Shown here piece after piece: positions 27,982-36,419 of a DNA stretch of 62,679 nt (positions are counted from its first letter, which is position 1; each line of letters opens with the position of its first letter). The notes beneath the pieces are model-generated. The model was not told where the DNA came from and searched no databases. It saw only the letters and a program-made list of their open reading frames with translations. A program made the translations under genes and the position numbers. Location of the stretch: assembly GCA_945865315.1 (NCBI GenBank), contig CAMBDK010000003.1, positions 1 to 62,679 of the forward strand, written 5' to 3'. The stretch is from Chitinophaga pinensis. GTDB taxonomy: Bacteria > Bacteroidota > Bacteroidia > 2-12-FULL-35-15.

Positions 27982-29358
27982 ATGATATTAATATATACAC
28001 ATAAAATCACCAAACGGAATAAGTATGTTTTTAATTTAATATTTAAAGATGTTCTTGGTGTTGACTTTCAATTAACAACAGATGAGGCTTCTTTTATCAA
28101 CCATAAAGGGGCCAAACTAAGTTATACAAATACTCCTTTGTGTGATGAATTGTTTTTTAATTCGCGCAATTTATTGTTCGAAACAGGTATTAATGAACAA
28201 AATATTTCTGTCTTTGATTTTGAAGGCAATAAAATATTTTACGCAACAGAAAAATCCTCCTCCTTACCATTCGATGTATTTGCTGCAAGCTTTTATCTTA
28301 TTACCCGTTACGAAGAATATTTGCCCCACATTCGCGATGCTCATAATCGATTTGCGGCAGAAGAAAGCTTGGCTTTTAAAAACGGCTTTTTACAAAAGCC
28401 TGTTGTAAATACTTGGATAATCTGGGTTAAAGAATTAATTATTAACAAATACCCGGAAGTTGTTTTTAAAGAAAAAAAATATGAGTTTGTTTCTACCATT
28501 GACATTGACAATGCATATGCTTACCGCGAAAAGGGCTTTACAAGAAGCCTAGGAGGGTATTTAAAATCAGCCCTCAATTTTGATTTTGCAGAAATTGCAG
28601 AACGTACACGCGTATTATTAGGAATACAAAAAGACCCTTACGACACCTATGATTTCCAACTCGAAATAATAAAAAAATATAAATTAAAAAATATTTATTT
28701 TTTTTTATTAGGCGATTATGGCGTAAACGATAAAAACTTACCCATTGAAAGCCGAAAATTTCAATCTTTAATTAAGATGCTTAGCGATTATTCACAAATT
28801 GCTATTCACCCTTCTTACGGCTCTAATACCAGTAAAGAGCAATTGAAAAAAGAGGTGAATCGCCTATCAAAAGTAGTGCATTGTGAAATAACAAAAAGCA
28901 GACAACATTTTTTAAAATTAACGCTGCCAGAAACATACCGTAATTTAATAGATTTAGACATTACCGACGACTATACCATGGGATATGCCTCCCAAATAGG
29001 TTTTAGAGCAAGCTTCTGTAATCAATTTAATTTTTATGATTTGGATATGGAGTTGGAAACCAAATTAAAAATCCACCCCTTTGCTATTATGGAAGGTACT
29101 TTAAAGTACTATATGAAAATTCAGCGAGAAGATGCGATGCAAAAAATAAAACCATTAATAGACGAGGCAAGGGCTGTAAACGGATGCTTTATAAGTCTTT
29201 GGCATAACGATACACTAAGCAATCAAAAAACATGGCTGGGCTGGCATGCTATTTATGAAGAGATGGTGAAGTATGCCATGGAGCCCTCCAGCCAAGGAAT
29301 ACCCGATATAATAAAGCCCGTCAAACCAATGCCCGCAAATTGGCTTGCAAATGCATAA
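27982..29358 (+). CDS. DUF7033-like N-terminal domain fused to a polysaccharide deacetylase-like (CE4-like barrel) domain; function unknown
   Basis: The N-terminus MILIYTHKITKRNKYVFNLIF...FDVFAASFYLITRYEEYLP matches my recollection of the Bacteroidota DUF7033 family. The C-terminal half has DIDNAYAY, IAIHPSYGS and SRQHFLKL blocks reminiscent of deacetylase-fold enzymes. This rests on recollection only. Confidence 0.5.
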   Translation: MILIYTHKITKRNKYVFNLIFKDVLGVDFQLTTDEASFINHKGAKLSYTNTPLCDELFFNSRNLLFETGINEQNISVFDFEGNKIFYATEKSSSLPFDVFAASFYLITRYEEYLPHIRDAHNRFAAEESLAFKNGFLQKPVVNTWIIWVKELIINKYPEVVFKEKKYEFVSTIDIDNAYAYREKGFTRSLGGYLKSALNFDFAEIAERTRVLLGIQKDPYDTYDFQLEIIKKYKLKNIYFFLLGDYGVNDKNLPIESRKFQSLIKMLSDYSQIAIHPSYGSNTSKEQLKKEVNRLSKVVHCEITKSRQHFLKLTLPETYRNLIDLDITDDYTMGYASQIGFRASFCNQFNFYDLDMELETKLKIHPFAIMEGTLKYYMKIQREDAMQKIKPLIDEARAVNGCFISLWHNDTLSNQKTWLGWHAIYEEMVKYAMEPSSQGIPDIIKPVKPMPANWLANA

Positions 29359-29417
29359 GTCTCAACTTTTTTTTATAAAAAATTTCAAATTCTATTATTG
29401 CCTAAGTTTATTATATT

Positions 29418-29425
29418 TATTTTTG
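29418..29425 (+). promoter_or_regulatory. Candidate -7 promoter box (TATTTTTG) upstream of the AAC(3)-like gene
   Basis: It matches TAnnTTTG exactly, 36 nt upstream of the ATG at 29461. Confidence 0.3.
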
Positions 29426-29460
29426 ATATCTATAAATAATGAAATACCCCCAGTTTATTT

Positions 29461-30351
29461 ATGTTAATAAATTTTGTTTTAAAATACTCCCCAAATTTTT
29501 TAATCCATTGGGCAAAACAATTGAAAAAAAAATACCTTAGAAAACAATTACAGGAACAAAAAAAAAACAAATCTGGTATTTCTAAAGCAAAACTGATTGA
29601 AGATTTTAAAAAAATTGGAATAAAAAATGGAGACTCCGTATTGGTTCATAGCAGCTTAAGTAAAATTGGATTTGTTGATGGTGGGGCAGAAACAATTATT
29701 AATGCACTTTTTGAAATAGTAGGAGATCGCGGAACACTCCTATTTCCATCCTTCCCTTATTCAGGAAGAGCCAAAACATATTTAGAAAAAAAACCTTGCT
29801 TTCATATTAATGAAACACCTTCTCAAATGGGTGTTATTACAGAATATTTTAGAACTTCAGAAAACGTGTTCCGCAGCTTTCATCCTACCGACCCAGTTTG
29901 TGCAAAAGGGCCGCTGGCAGATTATTATACCAATTCTCATTTGGGACAAATCACCCCTTATAACGAAAATTCACCATTTAGAAAATTATGTAATAAAAAT
30001 GGGAAAATATTAATGCTTGGCACAAAATTAAGTTCTTGCACTAGCTTGCACACCCTTGAAGATGCCGTTGATTTTAAATACCCCGTTTACGATTCAAAAA
30101 TTTTTGACGTGAAAATGATTGACGCCAGCGGAAACGAGTATTTAACCAAAACCAAAGTACACAACCCTGTCTATTCATCAAAACGCAATTGTGATGCCCT
30201 AATGACAATGTTTGAATCTGAAAAAGTTTTGGCAAATGGAAAAATTGGAGCAGCAAAAAGTATACTAATAGATGCAAATAAAATGTTAGAAGTAATGATA
30301 AAAAAATATATTGAAAATGGCGTTACCATGTATACACCATTTGGGAGCTAA
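29461..30351 (+). CDS. AAC(3)-family (aminoglycoside 3-N-acetyltransferase-like) acetyl-CoA-dependent N-acetyltransferase
   Basis: GDSVLVHSSLSKIGFVDGGAETIINALFEIVGDRGTLLFPSF and TSLHTLED are typical AAC(3)/YokD family blocks. It has a ~40-aa Lys-rich N-terminal extension. Confidence 0.75.
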   Translation: MLINFVLKYSPNFLIHWAKQLKKKYLRKQLQEQKKNKSGISKAKLIEDFKKIGIKNGDSVLVHSSLSKIGFVDGGAETIINALFEIVGDRGTLLFPSFPYSGRAKTYLEKKPCFHINETPSQMGVITEYFRTSENVFRSFHPTDPVCAKGPLADYYTNSHLGQITPYNENSPFRKLCNKNGKILMLGTKLSSCTSLHTLEDAVDFKYPVYDSKIFDVKMIDASGNEYLTKTKVHNPVYSSKRNCDALMTMFESEKVLANGKIGAAKSILIDANKMLEVMIKKYIENGVTMYTPFGS

Positions 30352-30456
30352 TTTTAATTATTTTTGGCAAACCAATTCTGTAATAAAAAACAATATTGTT
30401 AGTCATAAAATAAAAATATTCTTTCTTTTGCAACTTATTTATTTTTAAATTTTATT

Positions 30457-31440
30457 ATGAATATATATATTACACTTGATTATGAACTTTATTTTGGCGA
30501 AAAGCACGGAACAGTTTATAAATGTATAATCTTCCCTACAAATGAGTTAATTAAAATTGCCGAAAAATACAATGTAAGATTTACCTTTTTTATAGACGCC
30601 GGCTTTTTACTGAAATTAGATGAATTTAGATCAAAATATCCAACTTTAGAAGAGGATTACAAAGCTGTTACGGAACAAATTAAATATTTGTCTGAAACGG
30701 GTCACGATATTCAATTACACATTCACCCTCATTGGGAAGACAGCTATTATAATGGACTAAATTGGATCTTTGATTTGAAACGATATAAACTTGTTGATTT
30801 TAATGAAATAGAAATTGAAGACATTGTTGCCAAATATAAAAAAGTGCTGACAGATTTAACAGGAAAAAAAATATTCGCTTATAGAGCTGGTGGATGGTGC
30901 TTACAACCGTTTGGGAAGTTAAAAAGTGCATTTATTAAAAATGAAATAAGCTTTGATAGCAGTGTATTTAAAAACGGGTTTTATACCTCTAATCACTACA
31001 GCTACGACTTCAGAAGCGCTCCCGATAAAGATTTATACCGATTTGAAGAGGAGCCAGAAATAGAAAATACAATCGGCTATTTCACCGAACTACCAATAAG
31101 CGCTATTAAAAACTCTCCTTTGTTTTTCTGGAAACTTTTTTTACTCGGGCGAAAAAACCCTTATTTGCATAAACCTTTAGGTGATGGGATAGCCATGCCT
31201 GCGCCAGGACAAAGAAAAAAAATGTTAAGCCGTTATACTAATTGTACAGTTTGTATTGATGGGTATAACGCTAAATTATTACAAAAAGCATTAATGCAAT
31301 TGCAGAAAAAAAAATTCAAACAAATGGTTGTAATAGGACACCCTAAAGCTCTTTCTCGTTATTCTATACAAAAGTTAGAGGAGTTCGTAAATAAAAATTG
31401 CAATAAAAATAATTTTACAACTTTTACAAAAAACTTTTAA
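30457..31440 (+). CDS. Polysaccharide deacetylase-like (CE4-like) protein, function unknown
   Basis: ITLDYELYFG, FTFFIDAGF, GHDIQLHIHPHWED and YRAGGWCLQP resemble deacetylase-fold proteins found in capsule/glycan loci. The assignment is from motif recollection only. Confidence 0.45.
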   Translation: MNIYITLDYELYFGEKHGTVYKCIIFPTNELIKIAEKYNVRFTFFIDAGFLLKLDEFRSKYPTLEEDYKAVTEQIKYLSETGHDIQLHIHPHWEDSYYNGLNWIFDLKRYKLVDFNEIEIEDIVAKYKKVLTDLTGKKIFAYRAGGWCLQPFGKLKSAFIKNEISFDSSVFKNGFYTSNHYSYDFRSAPDKDLYRFEEEPEIENTIGYFTELPISAIKNSPLFFWKLFLLGRKNPYLHKPLGDGIAMPAPGQRKKMLSRYTNCTVCIDGYNAKLLQKALMQLQKKKFKQMVVIGHPKALSRYSIQKLEEFVNKNCNKNNFTTFTKNF

Positions 31441-31449
31441 TGTTTTAAA

Positions 31450-32394
31450 ATGATTAATTATATTGAACATAAAAATATTGATAAGCAAAAGTGGGACAGC
31501 TGTATTGAAAAAAGTCCTAACTCCTGTGTTTTTGTATATTCCTGGTACTTGGATATAGCATGCGAAAATTGGACAGCGCTTGTTTTAAACGATTATCAAG
31601 CTGTTTTTCCGCTCGCATCTAAATCGAAATTTAATACCTCCTATTTATACCAACCCTTTTTTACTCGTTATTTTGGAGTGTTTTCAGTATCAGGGTCAAC
31701 GAACAATTTAACTACAGATTTTTTAAAAGCAATACCCCAAAAGTATAAGTACATCGAATATTGCTTGAAAGAACCAAATGACAACAATGTTTATTCAGAA
31801 AATAGTTTTCCATTATTGGGTTTTTTGCAAACACAAAGAAAATTTCAATTCTTGGAATTAATTACACCCTACGAAAATATTTACAAGAACTATTCCGTTA
31901 ATACAAAGCGCAATATTAAAAAGGCGCTTAATGCTGGTTTTGAAATAAAATTTAATGTTGCGCCAGCACTTATCGTAAATCTTTTTAAATCAACAAAAGG
32001 CAAGGAATTAGAAATATTTAAAACAAAAGATTACGAAAGATTGCAATTATTAATGAACACCTTAGTAAATAAGAACAAAGCCGAATCCATTGCTGTGTAT
32101 GATGAAAAAGACTGTTTATCTGCCGCTGCATTTTTTATGCACAGCAAAAATTGTTTTGTTTATTTGAAAAGTGGCGTAACGGAATATGGTAAAAGCAATG
32201 GAGCAATGCACCTTGTCCTCGACATATTTATTCGAAAATACGCAGCTACAAATCAGATACTAGATTTTGGTGGCTCCTCAGTTGAAACAGTGGCTAGGTT
32301 TTATAAGAATTTTGGAGCAAAAGATTGTGTATATTTACAACTGAAAAAAAACACACTTTCCCCTTTCGCAAAGTGGCTAAGTAAAAAAAGATAA
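31450..32394 (+). CDS. FemAB-like / GNAT-fold acyl(aminoacyl)transferase family protein
   Basis: The 314-aa protein has a C-terminal half (AAFFMHSKNCFVYLKSGVTEYGKSNGAMHLVLDIFIRKYAATNQILDFGGSS) that resembles the FemAB/BioF2-like acetyltransferase family (Acetyltransf_6). Confidence 0.45.
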   Translation: MINYIEHKNIDKQKWDSCIEKSPNSCVFVYSWYLDIACENWTALVLNDYQAVFPLASKSKFNTSYLYQPFFTRYFGVFSVSGSTNNLTTDFLKAIPQKYKYIEYCLKEPNDNNVYSENSFPLLGFLQTQRKFQFLELITPYENIYKNYSVNTKRNIKKALNAGFEIKFNVAPALIVNLFKSTKGKELEIFKTKDYERLQLLMNTLVNKNKAESIAVYDEKDCLSAAAFFMHSKNCFVYLKSGVTEYGKSNGAMHLVLDIFIRKYAATNQILDFGGSSVETVARFYKNFGAKDCVYLQLKKNTLSPFAKWLSKKR

Positions 32395-32498
32395 GTTTAT
32401 TATTCAATTTAGTTTTTAAAGTATTGCTGTTTAAAACCAACACTTCAAAAACATTAAATACATAGCTTTACGTTTAAAATTTTTAATAATTAATTAAT

Positions 32499-33149
32499 AT
32501 GGTGCACATTTTAGGGAGTAGCAATTCAATTTTTAATCAGTTTATTGCTGAGATAAGAGATGAAAAAATACAAAAAGACAGTTTGCGGTTTCGTAGAAAT
32601 ATAGAACGAATGGGGGAGATAATTAGTTACGAACTTAGTAAAACATTTGCTTACGAAACTCGTGAAATAACTACTTCGCTTGGTATTGCCAGTGTTCCTC
32701 TGATAAAAGAGCAGCCTGTTATTGCTAGCATATTACGTGCTGGCTTGCCTCTCCACCAAGGCGTTTTAAATTATTTTGACCGTGCAGAAAATGCTTTTAT
32801 TTCAGCGTATCGAAAACACCATAAAAATGGAACTTTTGACATTAAATTAGAGTATTTAGCTTGTCCTGATATTAATGGCAAGGTTCTGATATTATGCGAC
32901 CCCATGCTTGCTACAGGAGCTTCCATAGTGCTAACATACAAAGCTCTGCTTTTGCGAGGCAAGCCCTTACATACCCATATTGTTACCCTAATAGCAAGCG
33001 CAGAAGGTGTGGAATATGCAAAAAAAAACTTGCCTGAAAATGTAACGATATGGTGCGGCGCTGTTGACGAAGAGCTAACGGCAAAGTCATACATAGTTCC
33101 TGGGCTTGGCGATGCTGGAGACTTAGCTTTTGGAAAAAAAATACAATAG
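32499..33149 (+). CDS. upp: Uracil phosphoribosyltransferase
   Basis: ILRAGLPL, the PRPP-binding loop LILCDPMLATGAS and YIVPGLGDAGDLAFG are present. Confidence 0.9.
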   Translation: MVHILGSSNSIFNQFIAEIRDEKIQKDSLRFRRNIERMGEIISYELSKTFAYETREITTSLGIASVPLIKEQPVIASILRAGLPLHQGVLNYFDRAENAFISAYRKHHKNGTFDIKLEYLACPDINGKVLILCDPMLATGASIVLTYKALLLRGKPLHTHIVTLIASAEGVEYAKKNLPENVTIWCGAVDEELTAKSYIVPGLGDAGDLAFGKKIQ

Positions 33150-33246
33150 AAATTTATTTGGCATGCAAACGAAAGTTTAAAATGCAGGTCTTTATTATAT
33201 CTATTAATATTTAGTAAGCACAAAAAAAATATAAATCAATAATTTT

Positions 33247-33699
33247 ATGGAATACCTGCTATCAATTATATCTGTTTTTTTGATGAGCACGGTTAAATTT
33301 GTTTTCGGCGGACTGCCTCTAGCTTTTAGCCTTGGGTTTTCCTTTTTTGAAACATTAACAATTACCTCGGCAGGAGGATTGGTAGGTGTAACATTTTTTG
33401 TTTACATGAGCGACGAAATAATCGCATATTTTAAAAAACGGGCGCAACGTAAACTAGATAATCGGATTGCGCCTCTTACCAAAAAAGTATTTTCCCGTAA
33501 AAATAAAATTATTGTAATTGCAAAAAAACGCTTTGGTTTGTTGGGGATTGCGCTTTTAACCCCATTGCTGTTTTCTATACCAATAGGCTGCTTTTTGGCG
33601 GTTCGCTATTTTAAAGACAAACAGCGCATATTAATTTATATGTATTTAGCTGTTTTATTTTGGTCTGCTACTATTTCATCTTTCAAACTGCTATTTTAA
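33247..33699 (+). CDS. Small integral membrane protein (4 predicted TM helices), function unknown
   Basis: The 150-aa hydrophobic ORF has a stop that overlaps the next start (TAATG). It may belong to the small multidrug-export-like family, but I am not confident of that. Confidence 0.5.
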   Translation: MEYLLSIISVFLMSTVKFVFGGLPLAFSLGFSFFETLTITSAGGLVGVTFFVYMSDEIIAYFKKRAQRKLDNRIAPLTKKVFSRKNKIIVIAKKRFGLLGIALLTPLLFSIPIGCFLAVRYFKDKQRILIYMYLAVLFWSATISSFKLLF

Positions 33700-34394
33700 T
33701 GAGGGACTATGAACACATATTTTTTGATTTAGATCGTACAATTTGGGACTTTGAAACTAACTCCAATGAAACACTTTACGAACTAGCGGATAAATATAAT
33801 CTTGCTGATAAAGGCATTTGTAATACAGCTGAATTTATTGCTATCTACATTCAAATTAATAATAGAATGTGGGAAGAGTATGGCAAAGGCTTAATTAATA
33901 AAAAAACATTAAGAAACAATCGCTTCTATGAAGCTCTTTGTAAATATGGTGTCGATGATAAAAAATTAAGCGTAAAATTTGCAAATTATTATATTTCCTA
34001 TTCTCCTTTAAAAACAAATTTATTACCCCACGCCTTAGAAGTTTTAAAATATTTAAAAAATAAGTACCCCCTTCATATTATTACTAACGGATTTGAAGAA
34101 GTTCAGTATAAAAAAATTAAAAACTGTGGCTTAGAAATTTATTTTGATGAAATAATCACTTCGGAGAGAACAGGCTATAACAAGCCCGATATCCGCATGT
34201 TTGAATATTCACTTAATTTAGTTAAAGCCCAACCTAATAGGAGCTTAATGATTGGCGATAATCTAGCTGCCGATATAATTGGTGCACGTAATGCTGGTAT
34301 TCAACAAGTTTATTTTAACCCAAACGAATGTAAACATGCTGAAAATATTACTTTTGAAATAAAAAAATTAAATGAGTTAATTAATATTCTTTAA
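33699..34394 (+). CDS. HAD-superfamily hydrolase, YjjG-like (noncanonical pyrimidine nucleotidase type)
   Basis: The internal ATG gives MRDYEHIFFDLDRTIWDF (DxD motif I). It also has HIITNG (motif II) and MIGDNLAADIIGARNAGI (motifs III/IV). Confidence 0.75.
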   Translation: MRDYEHIFFDLDRTIWDFETNSNETLYELADKYNLADKGICNTAEFIAIYIQINNRMWEEYGKGLINKKTLRNNRFYEALCKYGVDDKKLSVKFANYYISYSPLKTNLLPHALEVLKYLKNKYPLHIITNGFEEVQYKKIKNCGLEIYFDEIITSERTGYNKPDIRMFEYSLNLVKAQPNRSLMIGDNLAADIIGARNAGIQQVYFNPNECKHAENITFEIKKLNELINIL

Positions 34395-34669
34395 TACCAT
34401 ATTTATAAATATTGAGAATAATTTTTTAAAAAACACCAACATCAATTTGTTTTTAATCCCGTCAATTAGTTTATTTTCTAACAATAAACAATACAATTCC
34501 CGCTTAATTTGTCTCTGCACCCAACAATTTTCACCACAACTAACTGAAAATCTGATAAATATGAATAAGAAAAAATAATCACTTTGTTTTGTTTACCTTA
34601 ACGGATAAAGTGTTATTTTTGACCATTGTTTTCATAATTATAAAAACACACCAATTAAACCATTTTGAA

Positions 34670-35566
34670 ATGAAATTCAAATTTATCAAATTTAAAGGAT
34701 CAATAGCTTTATTATCAATTTCCACAATCTTAGCCTCAGGCTGTGGTAGCGATAGCACAAAAAAAACAGATGAAGAGCCCCCGGTAGATACAGCCCAAAG
34801 CGCTTTGATAAATATTAGTGGGGAAATTTTTAGCATCCCTTCTCCTATTCAAACAGCGCTTTTAATAAAATCTAGTGGCGCCAGTTATAGCAAAGGGATT
34901 TTAAACGACCCCCGTAAAACTGTTCAATATACAAGCAATTTTGCAAAAGCTTTAAACCTTGGGGTTTACGGTGCTGACTTAGGTTACGTAACTATATACG
35001 ATCAATCACAAGACGCTATTGGTTATTTAACGGCAGCAAAAAAACTAACCGATGCCCTCGGTATATCTGGTGCTTTTGATGCAAAAACAATTGAGCGTTT
35101 CACCAAAAACCTTGGCAATAAAGATTCTATGTTGGTATTGGTTGGAGTTGCCTATCGTTCAAGTGATGCCTACTTAAAAAGCAACGACCGCAATGATGTA
35201 AGCGGACTTGTTCTTGCTGGTGGATGGATTGAAAGCTTATATTTTACTACTGACATTTATAAAAACAAACCTAAAGAAGAGGTTAAAGAGAGAATTGCAG
35301 AGCAGAAATTGTCTTTGCAGAGCTTAATAAAATTATTAACGCCTTTTTATAGCCAACCGGAATACACAAAGTTCATAGATGGTTTATATGACCTTTCTAC
35401 TGTTTATGAAAGTGTTGAATTTAAATACACGTTTATTAAGCCAACAACGGATGCAGAAAAGAAAACAACAACTATTAACAGTAAAACCGAAGTGAAAATT
35501 ACTGCTGAACAAATTGAATCAATTACACAAAAAGTAAAAACAATTAGAGATCTTATTATTAGTTAA
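34670..35566 (+). CDS. Hypothetical lipoprotein (298 aa)
   Basis: The internal ATG gives MKFKFIKFKGSIALLSISTILASGC (lipobox). I recognised no family. Confidence 0.55.
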   Translation: MKFKFIKFKGSIALLSISTILASGCGSDSTKKTDEEPPVDTAQSALINISGEIFSIPSPIQTALLIKSSGASYSKGILNDPRKTVQYTSNFAKALNLGVYGADLGYVTIYDQSQDAIGYLTAAKKLTDALGISGAFDAKTIERFTKNLGNKDSMLVLVGVAYRSSDAYLKSNDRNDVSGLVLAGGWIESLYFTTDIYKNKPKEEVKERIAEQKLSLQSLIKLLTPFYSQPEYTKFIDGLYDLSTVYESVEFKYTFIKPTTDAEKKTTTINSKTEVKITAEQIESITQKVKTIRDLIIS

Positions 35567-35807
35567 TCAAACAAGTTTGAAACAAAAACCAACACCATTC
35601 TTATTTAATAGGTTTTTGCAAATAAAATAATTGGGAGCTAGTATATTAAGTTCTAATTAATAAGGGATTTGGTAATTTGAAAAAAACAATGGTGAGAAAA
35701 AGCAAACCGCTTTTTAAAAATACCAAATAAAGTAAAAATAAAATTAGGGCTTTTAAAAAAATATTAACACAAAGAAATTTTATAAATAAAGTAAATTAAG
35801 CTAAAAT

Positions 35808-36251
35808 ATGAAAAAGAGAATATTAAAATGCGTGCTAATAATTTTTGGATTGGCAATTACAAATGCCTCTTCAGCTCAAATGTCAGATACAACTGCTAAT
35901 ATCTGTGCTAAACATTTTGAAAATAAATTTATTTCTGATGGGCAACAATATCGTGCTTTACTAATGAACACCGATGAAACAGCAGAGTTTCACGTTACTT
36001 TGTATGGAGGCACCCGTTATCGTATTGCCGCATGTAGCGGATTAAATGATGGGGACTTGATTTTTTCTTTGTATGATAATGATACAGAAAGAAACTTGTT
36101 ATTTACCAATAAAGATTTTAAAAATGCACCTTATTGGGATTTTAAAGTTACCAACACCCTTGATTGTATAATTGAAGCTAAACTTGACAGCGAAGGATCA
36201 AAAAGCTCGGGCAGAGCTGTTGTTTTAATTGGATTCAAACAATTAAAATAA
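35808..36251 (+). CDS. Hypothetical secreted protein (147 aa)
   Basis: The signal peptide ends SSAQ. I recognised no family. A strong terminator follows. Confidence 0.55.
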   Translation: MKKRILKCVLIIFGLAITNASSAQMSDTTANICAKHFENKFISDGQQYRALLMNTDETAEFHVTLYGGTRYRIAACSGLNDGDLIFSLYDNDTERNLLFTNKDFKNAPYWDFKVTNTLDCIIEAKLDSEGSKSSGRAVVLIGFKQLK

Positions 36252-36264
36252 GATAATAATAATT

Positions 36265-36315
36265 CTGTAAAAAAAAGACATTAACTACTGAGGTGTTAAT
36301 GTCTTTTTTTTACAG
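36265..36315. terminator. Strong bidirectional-type rho-independent terminator
   Basis: CTGTAAAAAAAAGACATTAAC-tactgaggt-GTTAATGTCTTTTTTTTACAG forms a 21-bp perfect stem whose arms include an A-run and a T-run. Confidence 0.8.
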
Positions 36316-36419
36316 TAATTTTTAAAAAATACTTAATTACAAACTTATTTTACTGCATATTTTCTAATTAATAACTATATTAAGCAATTTCAGTTAGTTT
36401 TTAGACTTTTATAATATAT

